A DNA stretch of 63,971 nt, the filler included, from Olpidium bornovanus S191 (lineage: Eukaryota > Fungi > Olpidiomycota), in the NCBI GenBank assembly GCA_017911155.1. It is 25 parts of 25 records of this genome, joined end to end, with 100 filler letters (N's around TTAATTAATTAA, not from the genome) between each part and the next. Parts side by side here need not be neighbours in the genome. Positions count along the whole stretch, not along the records: positions 9,309 to 12,259 come from JAEFCI010003959.1; positions 12,360 to 14,222 come from JAEFCI010006108.1; positions 14,323 to 17,417 come from JAEFCI010007545.1; positions 17,518 to 19,321 come from JAEFCI010008900.1; positions 19,422 to 21,977 come from JAEFCI010003062.1; 20 more parts are not named here. One strand, written 5' to 3'. Numbering within the stretch: the stretch's first letter is position 1; each line of letters starts with the position of its first letter. Under the pieces are notes generated by a model. It saw only the letters and a program-made list of their open reading frames with translations, made no database searches and was not told where the DNA came from. This document shows positions 12,121-22,077 of the stretch, piece by piece. Made by a program: the position numbers and the translations under genes.

Positions 12121-12259
12121 CCCAGCGCAGTACAGGCGCCATGATAACGGCCTATGAAATATCTCCCCCGCCGCCAGTACCGGCGCCGTAATAAGAGATA
12201 TTGCAGAATATCTCCGGGCCCGCCGCCAGTACCGGCGCCACAATCGGGATATTGCAAGA
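12121..12259. repeat. Degenerate ~52-bp tandem repeat (about 2.7 copies) truncated at contig end
   Basis: GCCGCCAGTACCGGCGCC at 12170 and 12222; variant GCAGTACAGGCGCC at 12127; internal hairpin GAGATATT-GCAG-AATATCTC. Confidence 0.8.
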
Positions 12260-12716
12260 NNNNNNNNNNNNNNNNNNNNNNNNNNNNNNNNNNNNNNNNN
12301 NNNTTAATTAATTAANNNNNNNNNNNNNNNNNNNNNNNNNNNNNNNNNNNNNNNNNNNNCAGCGTAAAAAAAATGAGGAACATCACTGCGGGTCTTCCGC
12401 CGCGAGAGCGACGCCGGTAAAAAGTGCCGATTCGAACGCGAAAAAAACCGGCGGTGAGAAAAGAAAAAAAAAAAAGGCGGACAAGGGGTGTTGTGAGGGG
12501 ACGTCGGTGCCCATTCTCAACGCGCCAATAAATCATCTTGCCCGCGCTCAGCGCTTTCCTTCCTGCGCATCCTCCAAAAAAAAACAGGAAACGAAAAGCT
12601 TTCGTGGAAAAAGAGGTGTCGGGAGGTGACGCTTCCACTTCCTGCGCATCTTCCAGGCGTCAGTCAAAGAACGCGTCGTAAGACAACGACGAATGGTCGG
12701 CGCGTCGGATTAACCT

Positions 12717-13525
12717 GTTACCGGAGCGGGTTAGAAGACGAAGGCGCGGAGTCAGCACTCTTCGACGTTGGCCGAAAAGAAATTCTTTTGCGGCCCGGCG
12801 AAAATTCGCGCAAAAAAAAAAAAGGTAGTACAAAACCGCCGGGGAAAAACCGCGTACCGGACTTCCGTCCGGCGTTCCGGCGGCGCCGAAGGCGGGGCGG
12901 CGGCCTCGTCCGGGGGGTCGCCGCCGGCGGACCCACGGTTGGGCGGTAGCAGGAGCCGACGGGGCCCCGCTGGCGGCGGGGCGGGTTTTCCGGCGCCTCC
13001 TCCGCGCCGCTTGGCGATCCGGGGCAGACCCTCGTCGTCGTCGTCGTCGTCGTCGTCGACGACAATTCTCCTGGGCCGTTTACGGCGACTAGAAGGCGAC
13101 TCCGGCACATCTTCGCGGCCGCCGCCGCCGCCCGGCGAGCCGACGGTTCGGCAGGTCCCAGGGGGAGGGCCGCGGGCCGACTCGCGTCGCGGCCGCGCGC
13201 CGTGGGCTTTCAATGGGCGGGCGAGGGGCGCGCGCGGCGCCGCGCGGGAAAAGGACGGGGCGACGGACCGGGCGGGCTTGTTCGCGCGGGGGCGACCCCC
13301 GGCAGGGGCCACACGCGGGCCGGCGACGGCGACGTGGCGCGGGCCCCCGCGGCTTCTGTCGCCGTCCGGACGGTCGTCCTCCTCCCGGAGGTCCTCGCCG
13401 CGGGAGGACAGGGACGTCAGGGACGAGCAGGGCGACGAGGACACGTAGGTCCGCAGGCGCGGCCGGGGCCGGTTCCGCCGCGCGCGCCGGGCGGGCGGCG
13501 AAGCCTCGGCTCGGCAAATCTGCAT
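12717..13525 (-). CDS. Hypothetical low-complexity protein (R/P/G-rich with poly-Asp tract), probably multi-exon
   Basis: 257-aa ORF with SRRKRPRRIVVDDDDDDDDEG and plausible donors. No recognisable domain. Confidence 0.35.
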
Positions 13526-13875
13526 TCGCGCGCGCGTGCTGGCCCTCGCGGCGGGCGGGCGGGCGTTTTTTGCCGGGCGACAACGGGAAACGGCCTCGTG
13601 GGGGGAGGGGAAGTGGCGTCGCGTGCGTCACGTGACGTGCACGTGACGCGGCGAGGCATGTGTGAGGGGCAAGGTCGCGGGCAAGCTTGCCCCCCCCCCC
13701 CCGTCCGCCCACTTCCTTGTTTTTCTTTTTTTTTGTTTTGTTTTTTTGTTTTTTTCTTTTTTTTTTCCCCCGTTGTGTTCCGCTGTGTGTGTGGGGGGGG
13801 GGGGGGAAACTCCGAAGAGATTGGAGAGAGGGAGAGAAAGAGAGCGGGGGAAGAAGAAGAAGAGAACGGGCGGGC

Positions 13876-13963
13876 GAGAGAGAGATGAGAGAGAGAGAGA
13901 GAGAGAGAGAGCAGAGAGAGATCAGAGAGAAAGAGAGACGCGGAAAAGTGACGAGACTGCGCG

Positions 13964-13993
<30 letters not shown>
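13876..13993. repeat. (GA)n and (GAT)n microsatellites
   Basis: Read directly. Confidence 0.95.
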
Positions 13994-13995
<2 letters not shown>

Positions 13996-14134
13996 GCCGT
14001 GAAGAGATCACGCGCTCGCCTCGTGTGCGGGGCAGGGAAGGGGGGGCGGGCGGGCGGGCGGGCGGCGGCGTGATGGGCGAAACGACGCCGCGGCGCCACC
14101 GCGGGCAAAAAAATGAAGCTTATTTTGGTCGCGG

Positions 14135-14173
<39 letters not shown>

Positions 14174-14174
14174 G

Positions 14175-14216
<42 letters not shown>

Positions 14217-14322
14217 GGGAGCNNNNNNNNNNNNNNNNNNNNNNNNNNNNNNNNNNNNNNNNNNNNTTAATTAATTAANNNNNNNNNNNNNNNNNNNNNN
14301 NNNNNNNNNNNNNNNNNNNNNN

Positions 14323-15168
14323 ATGGCGCCCTCGCGCAAGGAGTGGTCCGGCGTCCTCAGCGTGCCTCGCGAGATGTTCGTGGCCACCTATCACAACGTT
14401 CTCGACCCTGACAACCGCCTGGCCACCCTCGGACCCTTCATGGTTACGGACGGCCCGAAGGTGCGCGAGCTGGAAACCAAAGTCGTGCGGACGCTCGGCG
14501 TTCGGCCGATCCTCGAAGTCGAGACGCTGCGCGGCCCTGACGTTTTCACTTTTCGCGACGGCGAGCACGAGTACCCCTCGGAAATCCCGATCGGTGGCAG
14601 CGTGAACTACGAGATCGTGGCGACCGCCAAGAACGTCCCCGAGGGCGGGCGCGTCGGCTTTGTGATCCGGCACACGGCCGACGGCTCCGAGCAGACGGTC
14701 GTGTACTTCGACCGGGCCCGCGGCCGCGTCGTCATCGACCGCAGCCGCAGCACCAAGACAGAGGGGGTCTTCGTCGGGGAAGACACCGGCAAGTTTGAGC
14801 TGTTCCAGATCGCCAACTCCTGCAAATGCCAACCGACCCGGGCGGAGCGCCTCGACCTACGCATCTTCGTCGACAACTCCGTCGTCGAGGTCTACGCCAA
14901 CGGCCGGTTCGCCCTCTCGTCGAGGATCTACCCGAGCGACGACGCCGACCGCCTGTCCACGTACGGCACCGACGGCGCTCGCTTCGACTCCATCGACGTC
15001 TACCACAACATCAAGTCCGTGTTCCCCGACCGCCTAAGCGGCAGCGCCAACCTGACCTCGCTTCCCCTCAACGAGCTCGCCCAGTCTTCCGCGGCGTCGA
15101 CTTTCCGGACCGCGTCCGTGATCGCGCTGTCGGCCGCTTCCGCGGGGACCCTGGTTTCCGCCTTGTAA
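14323..15168 (+). CDS. Glycoside hydrolase family 32 (invertase/beta-fructofuranosidase), C-terminal half, with hydrophobic GPI-like tail
   Basis: WSGVLSVPRE (end of the beta-propeller) and LDLRIFVDNSVVEVYANGRFALSSRIYP (GH32 C-terminal beta-sandwich). Tail SSAASTFRTASVIALSAASAGTLVSAL*. Confidence 0.93.
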   Translation: MAPSRKEWSGVLSVPREMFVATYHNVLDPDNRLATLGPFMVTDGPKVRELETKVVRTLGVRPILEVETLRGPDVFTFRDGEHEYPSEIPIGGSVNYEIVATAKNVPEGGRVGFVIRHTADGSEQTVVYFDRARGRVVIDRSRSTKTEGVFVGEDTGKFELFQIANSCKCQPTRAERLDLRIFVDNSVVEVYANGRFALSSRIYPSDDADRLSTYGTDGARFDSIDVYHNIKSVFPDRLSGSANLTSLPLNELAQSSAASTFRTASVIALSAASAGTLVSAL

Positions 15169-15619
15169 AAATATACCACCTCCTTTATCCTCATTACACA
15201 ACTCCCCTCCCCTCCCCTTCCCCCCCCCTCCGCCCGCTCTCCTACCCCCCTCAGCCGACGACAGCCAAATAACAGAAGGCTCCCCCCTCTCCGGCCTTTC
15301 CAATGTGCTGTACTGTAAAAATTATTAGGATAAGTACAACGAAGGAAAAAAGAAAAATTGTTTTATTTTGAACTCTGCGAACTCTGCGCGCGCCGTGGGG
15401 TGATTTTTTGCAAAATCCGGCTTGCTCCCGCACCCGCCCGCCCCCCATTTCCGAGCCGCCCTGCCGGGAGGAAATTCGGAACTTCCCCCCGCTCACAAAG
15501 AAAGACGGGGCGTGGGGCGGGGGGCTTTCGGACCTCGGAATCCGGGGGTCCAGGCAGAGACGGTGACGACGGTGACGACGGTGACGACGGTCTTCGGCCT
15601 TCGGTCTTCGATCTTCGGT

Positions 15620-15900
15620 CTTCGGTGACGACGGTGACGATGTATTCCGGAAGCTCTTTGGTGACGGACGACGTGCTCAATGAATTACTTCGCAATCGTC
15701 TGTGCATTGTCCCCATCTTTGCAGGGGTTAGATAACTCGGATGAGCTTTGTGATGCGATCAACGACCGTGAGTGTTCGCCCGACGGGAACTGGGGAGCAA
15801 AGAGATCCATCCGAAATAAACGTTTTTACTGATAAAGCGTTCCTCAGAAACCGGGGGCAAGCGAAGCAAGCTTTGATCCCGTTTTTCCAATCTTGCGTCT
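15620..15900 (-). mobile_element. Highly degenerate Ty3/gypsy integrase core fragment (absent from the ORF track)
   Basis: Across frameshifts and stops: MDLFAPQFPSG, LTVVDRITKLIRVI, DNAQTIAK*FIEHVVRHQ, LPEYIVT..DR. These match the canonical MDF...VVDRLTK...TAxLFxEHVVRxHGLPxxIVSDR order. Confidence 0.75.
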
Positions 15901-17298
15901 TTGACCCGTCAGGTCGGTGGGTGGGGGGAGGGGCCGGGGTGTCTTCGCTTTTTGCGGGGGAGGGGGGAGAGGGGGGGGGGGTCGTCCGGGGGGTTCAGCT
16001 GGTCCTGGTTCACCCCGCGAGTTGGCCCACCCGCGGCGGCGACGGGGGCCCCACTCCAAGAATTGAGGAATCCAATTAAAGTGCTGAAAATTCTCTGCCT
16101 TTTTTAAAAGAGGAAAGCAGGCCTGCATTGTTCAGGATGTTTGGGGGCTTTTGGGGGCATTGGGGTCGGTCAGGGGATTCGGATCGTTCCTAGCGTTAGG
16201 CGAGATGGGAAGCAGAGAAGGTTACGGGCTTTTCGTCTAACCGTCATTAATCCGTATCTTCACTGATAATATAATTACAATTTAATTTATAATAGAAACA
16301 GTGTACAGACTATTACATCACTCAATTAAAGCTTTTAGGAATCTAACTGTGTATTTCTGATTAGTACACAGTGTGTATTTGGTGAACAGTTATCCGTACC
16401 ACTGGAATCTTATTTGATATGTATATCGTATTATATTCTGTTGCACATAGCAAACGTGCTGTAATGCATTGCCGAGGTGCGTCTGCGGAAGTAGCGCCAG
16501 CTATGGCTACCTAGTCTGTTTCACATGGGGTTCGCCTAGTCAATTTATTTTGGAGGACGGCGCCGATGAAAAGGGGATTGAGACTTTTCGCGCTTCTCGG
16601 ATCCGACACCCCCCTCCCCCCCCACCCATCCCCCTGTAAAATCCTTAATAAAGCATTATTACACAAGGGGCCGACGGTAGACAGCCCTGTTACAAATTGA
16701 CGAAATGGTCTATTCCCGACGTCTCGTCACTGCTGCACCTAATGCTTGGGGGTTCGTACTTCCCGTTTTCCCCGGCTCCAAAAACGACAGCAAAATAATC
16801 ACCAAATTCTCCGGATAAATCAGCTTCTTCTTTTTTAGAAAACCCCCCCAACACCCCCCTCCCCTTCAGAAAACACGGGGAGATGGGGTGGGCGGAAGAG
16901 GGAGGTGGACGAACATCCGGCGGACCGGCCGTCGCGATGCAACACGTTCGTTTAAAAATACCTTGTTTTCTAAAGGCGTGTTGAGAGGGGTAGTAGTCAA
17001 TTGTCTAGTCTATTATTAGGTTTAGGTTACGCGTGCGGGAGGCGAGAAATCGGCGAAATCAAGTCTAACGCCGACCCCCCCCCCTCTCCCCAAACGCCTG
17101 TATCGCGCAAGGGTGTGCGTCCTCCGTTCGAGGGCAACTTGAACACACCACTGCAAGGTTTTTTTCAACAGAGTCGTCGCCGCGGGAAAGGGCTGCGGCC
17201 CTCTTCCCGGCTAAGCGGTCCCCGGTCCTCGTCCGGCCAAAAGGAACAAAGCAGGGGGTGCAAGCGGATCACCCCCTTTGCGCCGTTGCTTCTATCTC

Positions 17299-17417
17299 TC
17301 ACCGGGTTGCCACCTGGAAGTCCCTCGCGAACGTCCTCGCGACGATGATCGGGAAGACCAGCGACGCGTCCGCGTAGACCTTGACCGGGCGGGCGTCCGC
17401 GCGGATCTTGCCCCATG
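17299..17417 (-). CDS. DYS1: Deoxyhypusine synthase, C-terminal 38 aa (5' truncated)
   Basis: [30 protein letters not shown], the conserved DHS C-terminus. Below the ORF-track cutoff. Confidence 0.93.
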
Positions 17418-17529
17418 NNNNNNNNNNNNNNNNNNNNNNNNNNNNNNNNNNNNNNNNNNNNTTAATTAATTAANNNNNNNNNNNNNNNNNNNNNNNNNNN
17501 NNNNNNNNNNNNNNNNNAGTTTTGACTTA

Positions 17530-18975
17530 CCGGCTTTGGCTTCATCTCCAAGCTCTGATTGAATGTGGACGTCTTTGATAACGCTTGTTCAAGAGAAAAG
17601 TGGTAAATACAACATTAGGCAGTGCAAATTGCACCATGTTCAACAGTCGCAAGGACGAGACTTTGCCATGACGAAGCTCAATCAATAATTAGCGTCGATG
17701 CCTTGTACGGTCATACCTCCCATGGTCGTCCTCCGGCGGTAAAAAACAAAAGATCGCGCGCCCTCCTGCGTGACAAATCACTGCCGTGCCTGAAAACGTT
17801 TCAATCGGGGACAGTTTACACCGGATTGGGCAGTGAACATTACAGAACAAAGATTACGAACGGCCGGGCAGATTTCACTTCAAACATCGTTCCGTCCCGG
17901 TAACATCTCGGCCAAAACTCACCATCTATTTGCGCGCGCGTGACCGTCAGGCGGACGGGAAGGACCACAAAGTTTGGCATTCCTAGATAATCCACCTTCA
18001 GCTCCGTCCGCAGGGACAGGCGGAGATCGCCGTCGTACGTGAACTTAACGAGCACTTGCGCGTCGTTCTCGCTGAAAGCTGCGAACTTGGCCGACACACC
18101 GCGCGCTCCTGGTGGGGAACCAGTTGGCGAGGGCGTCGGAGATTGCGGCCGATGTCGGCAAGGGTCGGCGTCGGAATGCCGGTAGGCGCCGCGGAACGAC
18201 GATCCGGCGCTCATCGCCTCGACCGGAGAGGCGTCCCCGGCTGCCGCGTGGCCGTTTCGGGAGGCGACCTGGAGCGAGCCATCACGCGATCTGCGCATCA
18301 GCGGCAATAAATGGCGGTGCAGGCGAACGGAAATTCCAAAACGCTCCGTGTATTTTCATGAGGTTGTGCGCGCTCCGACTTGGGCCACCCGAGTTGGTCG
18401 CAGCACACATGCGCGACACACCCATAACGTACGTGGAAGAAACGCCTTCGCGCCGGCGCCAGTTGTCCGCGGCAATGTGGCCGCCACCCGTGAGGCCCGG
18501 CGTCCTCCGTCGATCCCAGGCGCGGTCCGCGGTGTTGCGTCGTTCTAGGGAGCCCATCGGCTCCCTCCGAATAACCCTCGGCGGCAGGCCCGACTCCGTG
18601 GTTTTGCCCACCTCCTCGGTCCATCTGGCAGCGGCACGTGGGGCAGAGCTCCGGGTGACCCTGCTGCCCGGTGGTGTGCCGCGGAAGGCCGCGCGGCGCA
18701 TCCGCTTTTGCCGTGTCCTCCTCCTCCTCCTCCTCCTCCTCCCCGCATCTCTCGTGTTCCCCGGCCGGTTCCCGCGCCAGGTAAAACTCCGGAAAGGGAT
18801 CCGTCACGTCGAGCACCTCCGCCTCCGGCGGGACGGCCCCGAAGCGCAGCTCGTCGAGGTGAACTTCGCCCAGGAACGCCGGCCGCTTCGCCGCCGCGAA
18901 GTGGGAGGCGAGCAGGCACCTGATTCTTTCTTCCACCTCGTCGTCCAGCTTGTCCCAAAAGATTTGAAAGCTCAT
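17530..18975 (-). CDS. MDM12: ERMES subunit Mdm12 (SMP domain), multi-exon, 3' partial
   Basis: MSFQIFWDKL...FGAVPPEAEVLDVTDPFPEFY; VKFTYDGDLRLSLRTELKVDYLGMPNFVVLPVRLTVT; RAIFCFLPPE; VIKDVHIQSELGD. Exons separated by GT-AG introns. Confidence 0.93.
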
Positions 18976-19576
18976 TTTTTTTTTTTTTTTTTTTTCCCGA
19001 ACCCCCGGGGTTTCGAAGTTCGAGCGGCCTTTGCGAATTCTGACCTCAGTCAGGAGACGGGCGAATTCCGCGTGATCGTAAAGTGCATTCCACTGCGAAG
19101 GTGCTTTCTTCAAATAAATAAAAGAAAAATCGAAAAGTAATTTTCTTCCTTTCGTGGGGTGGTGCGGGTGCATTGGAGAAGGAGGACTAAAGAAGGGACG
19201 GTATAACGGGCCGAGCCCCAAATCATTGACCTAAGGAGTAACCAGGCAACTGTCGGTAGTACTCGACAATCGTGGGCAATGCAAACTGGGCACACTAATC
19301 TTCCGAATGGAGGATGGCATGNNNNNNNNNNNNNNNNNNNNNNNNNNNNNNNNNNNNNNNNNNNNTTAATTAATTAANNNNNNNNNNNNNNNNNNNNNNN
19401 NNNNNNNNNNNNNNNNNNNNNGGCGAGGGGGCGGCTTTTGTCCTCTGAGTAAGACTTGGTTCCGCTGCGCTGCGAGCGACGACTTGATCCATGGGGTATC
19501 GTGGCGGCGCCTCGCAGCAAAAATTTCTTTTCCTCTTTTTTCTTTTGTTGTTCCTCTTGCGGCACTCGCGGCCACT

Positions 19577-21318
19577 TCAGGATGGTATAATGAAGTCGCG
19601 ATATTCCTCCGGGACGGAATAAGACGAGGGAATCACTCGGACGGAGGCCGACGCTGGCGGGTCCGCCCCGGCTGCCGTTATGGCCTCGGAGGTCACTGCC
19701 GAGGGAGACGGGTGGGACAGCACCGAAAGCGGCTGCTGGCCGTCGCTCCCATGTTCGCGGGGTTCCCCAAAAAACAGGTACCTGTCGAGTTCGCCCTCAA
19801 AAAGGGGATGCATGTTGCTGTCGATGCCAAACTGGGCAGACAGGGCCATGGCGCGCTCAAACGGTATCCAGACGCCCTTTAGGGGCATGGGCCCGCTCCT
19901 CACGACGTGTCGTTCCTAGTTAATTGTTTTTGTTGTTGTTCGGTTGCGAATTTGACAAAACGGCTGACGTCAATTTCAAAACCCCGGCGGCAGTTTTTAA
20001 AAGAAAAGACGCGGCTTTCAAAAAATGATTTCGCGGGAAAAGCGACATGCCTTTTCCCCTTTCAGGAGAGCGTCACGCTTGCCCCGCGACAGGCCCGCGA
20101 CGTTCAGCAGCTTCGTGCCGTTCACCATGTTGTTGTCTGCGACGGATTCGATTCTTCGTCAGTGAAGTACAGGCCGCGACGGCTCCGTCTCGCGCCGACC
20201 CGGACACACTTTCCTTTTTTAAACGCAAGCGGATCCGTACCCTTCCTCCGCGCGACGCAGACGCCGTGGGCGTCAACCTGGTAACACGTGGTGCGCTCCT
20301 CTTCCCAGAAGGTGGTCGTCAGCTTCGGCCTCGGCGGCGTCGAGTGTTCTAGGCCCGAAGGAGGCCGGTAGCACGCGGCGGCCTGCTGAGACTGGACGGC
20401 GTCGGGCGGCTGCGGAACCTGCTGCCTGCCCGTCGCCAGATGCAACTTCGTCCTATCCGTTTGTTGGTATCTGTCGTGTGCCAGCTGCTCTTGCGCGATC
20501 GACGCGATGGTTTCGGCCGCGATTCCTCCGTCCATTTGAAGGTCAGGCTGGTAATAGTGGCCCTGCTCGCTGACCCCGTGAATTCCCAGTTGCGCCGGGG
20601 TAACGGAACTCGGAGCGTAAAGTCCCAGATACGAACCGCCTTGCTGGCGGGCGGCCGGGCCTCTGAAAGGCGTCCTGCTGGACGTGCCCTCCAGTTGCGC
20701 AGCGAGGTGAACGGAAAGCGGGTAATTCTCCGGCTGGCCGCCGGTGTGGTCGACACACCAGGACATGAGGTGACCGTTTTCCACCGGCGGGGTAGGCCAT
20801 CCGTAGAAACAAGAATTCGCCTTCTGCTGGAGCGCGGACGGAAGCTGCCGGTGGTCCAGGAACGAGCCCCGGTACGAATGCGCGACGTCGGGCGTCCCCG
20901 GCGCGCTCCGGAAGACCTGCGGAGAATTGTGGGGCGGCGCCAAACGGACGGCGTCGCCGGCGAACACGTCGCCAGTCGTCACGTCAGCGGCCCAAGTCCC
21001 GGCAGGCAGGCGGCGCTGCTGTGCGGCAGGCCCGTTGCCCGGGGTGAACCCGTCGTTCGCGCGATATCGGGTAAGCTTGTCGTCTTGGGGCTGGCCGAGC
21101 ATGGAGAGCGGCGGCGAAGGCAGCGGCGTGAGCGTCTCGTAAAGCGCCGCCTCGGCGAGCGAGTTATGTGCATAGAGGACATGGCTGGGGTGCAATGGGG
21201 CCGCGGCGCCGCCCGCAGAGGGCTGTTGATTTTGCCCCTCCGCCATGAACGGGTTTGACGTCACCGCGAGTCGGGCCTCGTAAGCGCCGGCCTGCGAGGA
21301 CGAAGGAAAAGTTGACAT
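19577..21318 (-). CDS. stuA: APSES (KilA-N) transcription factor, StuA/Efg1/Sok2 subfamily, 3 exons
   Basis: Spliced domain [28 protein letters not shown] / [28 protein letters not shown] / [29 protein letters not shown]. Low-complexity Q/P/A N-terminus. Confidence 0.95.
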
Positions 21319-22077
21319 GGCCTCTTGCCGGTGCGGAATTTTCTTCACGACAAGCGGGAGTCAGTGTTCCATTGACTTTCGGGACCTTTTTGCAGGGCGT
21401 CCGCGTTTGACTGACGAATGCGGGGGCAGCGCGGGTTTGCGGGGCGGAATGGTCAAAGCTTTTCGGGAGTGCGGGGCTGGCAAAGGGGGGCAGGCAGGCC
21501 GGTCATTCAAACGGACGTGGGCGCGCGAGGTTTTCGCTCTGATCACGAGGCGCGCCGCGACAGCTCTCGAGCTCACCCTCTATCTCCGCTCAACTTGAGA
21601 GAAACGGAGTGAGTTGAGCTGCGGTGGTGTTTTGCCGGCAAGGCGGCGGACCTGCGCCGCGACGGTAAGCGGCGGCGGGGTGAGCGCAGTGGCCGCAGAG
21701 GCGAAACCGGCGGGAGGGGGAGGAGGCGGGGGGGTTTCGGCCGGCGCGCTCCTGGGGGTCAGATGGGGAACGGACAGCCGCCGTCCGGCACCCGCTGCGC
21801 TTGGGTTATTCTTCTCCCTTCTTCCCCCTTCCCCGCAGACAGAAAACGGCCGGGAGGCGCGGGGAAAGAAAGGGGCGGGAGGGGGGGACGAAGGAACGGG
21901 CCGGGAAAAGGAGGCGGAGGAAAAAGACCCAATCGCAGAATAGCTCAAACAGAGCATAACAAGCTCGAAAGGAGCACNNNNNNNNNNNNNNNNNNNNNNN
22001 NNNNNNNNNNNNNNNNNNNNNTTAATTAATTAANNNNNNNNNNNNNNNNNNNNNNNNNNNNNNNNNNNNNNNNNNNN

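Noticed and set aside
14323-21977. Functional gene cluster of invertase, DHS, MDM12 and StuA
   Set aside because: They lie on three separate contigs joined by artificial spacers.
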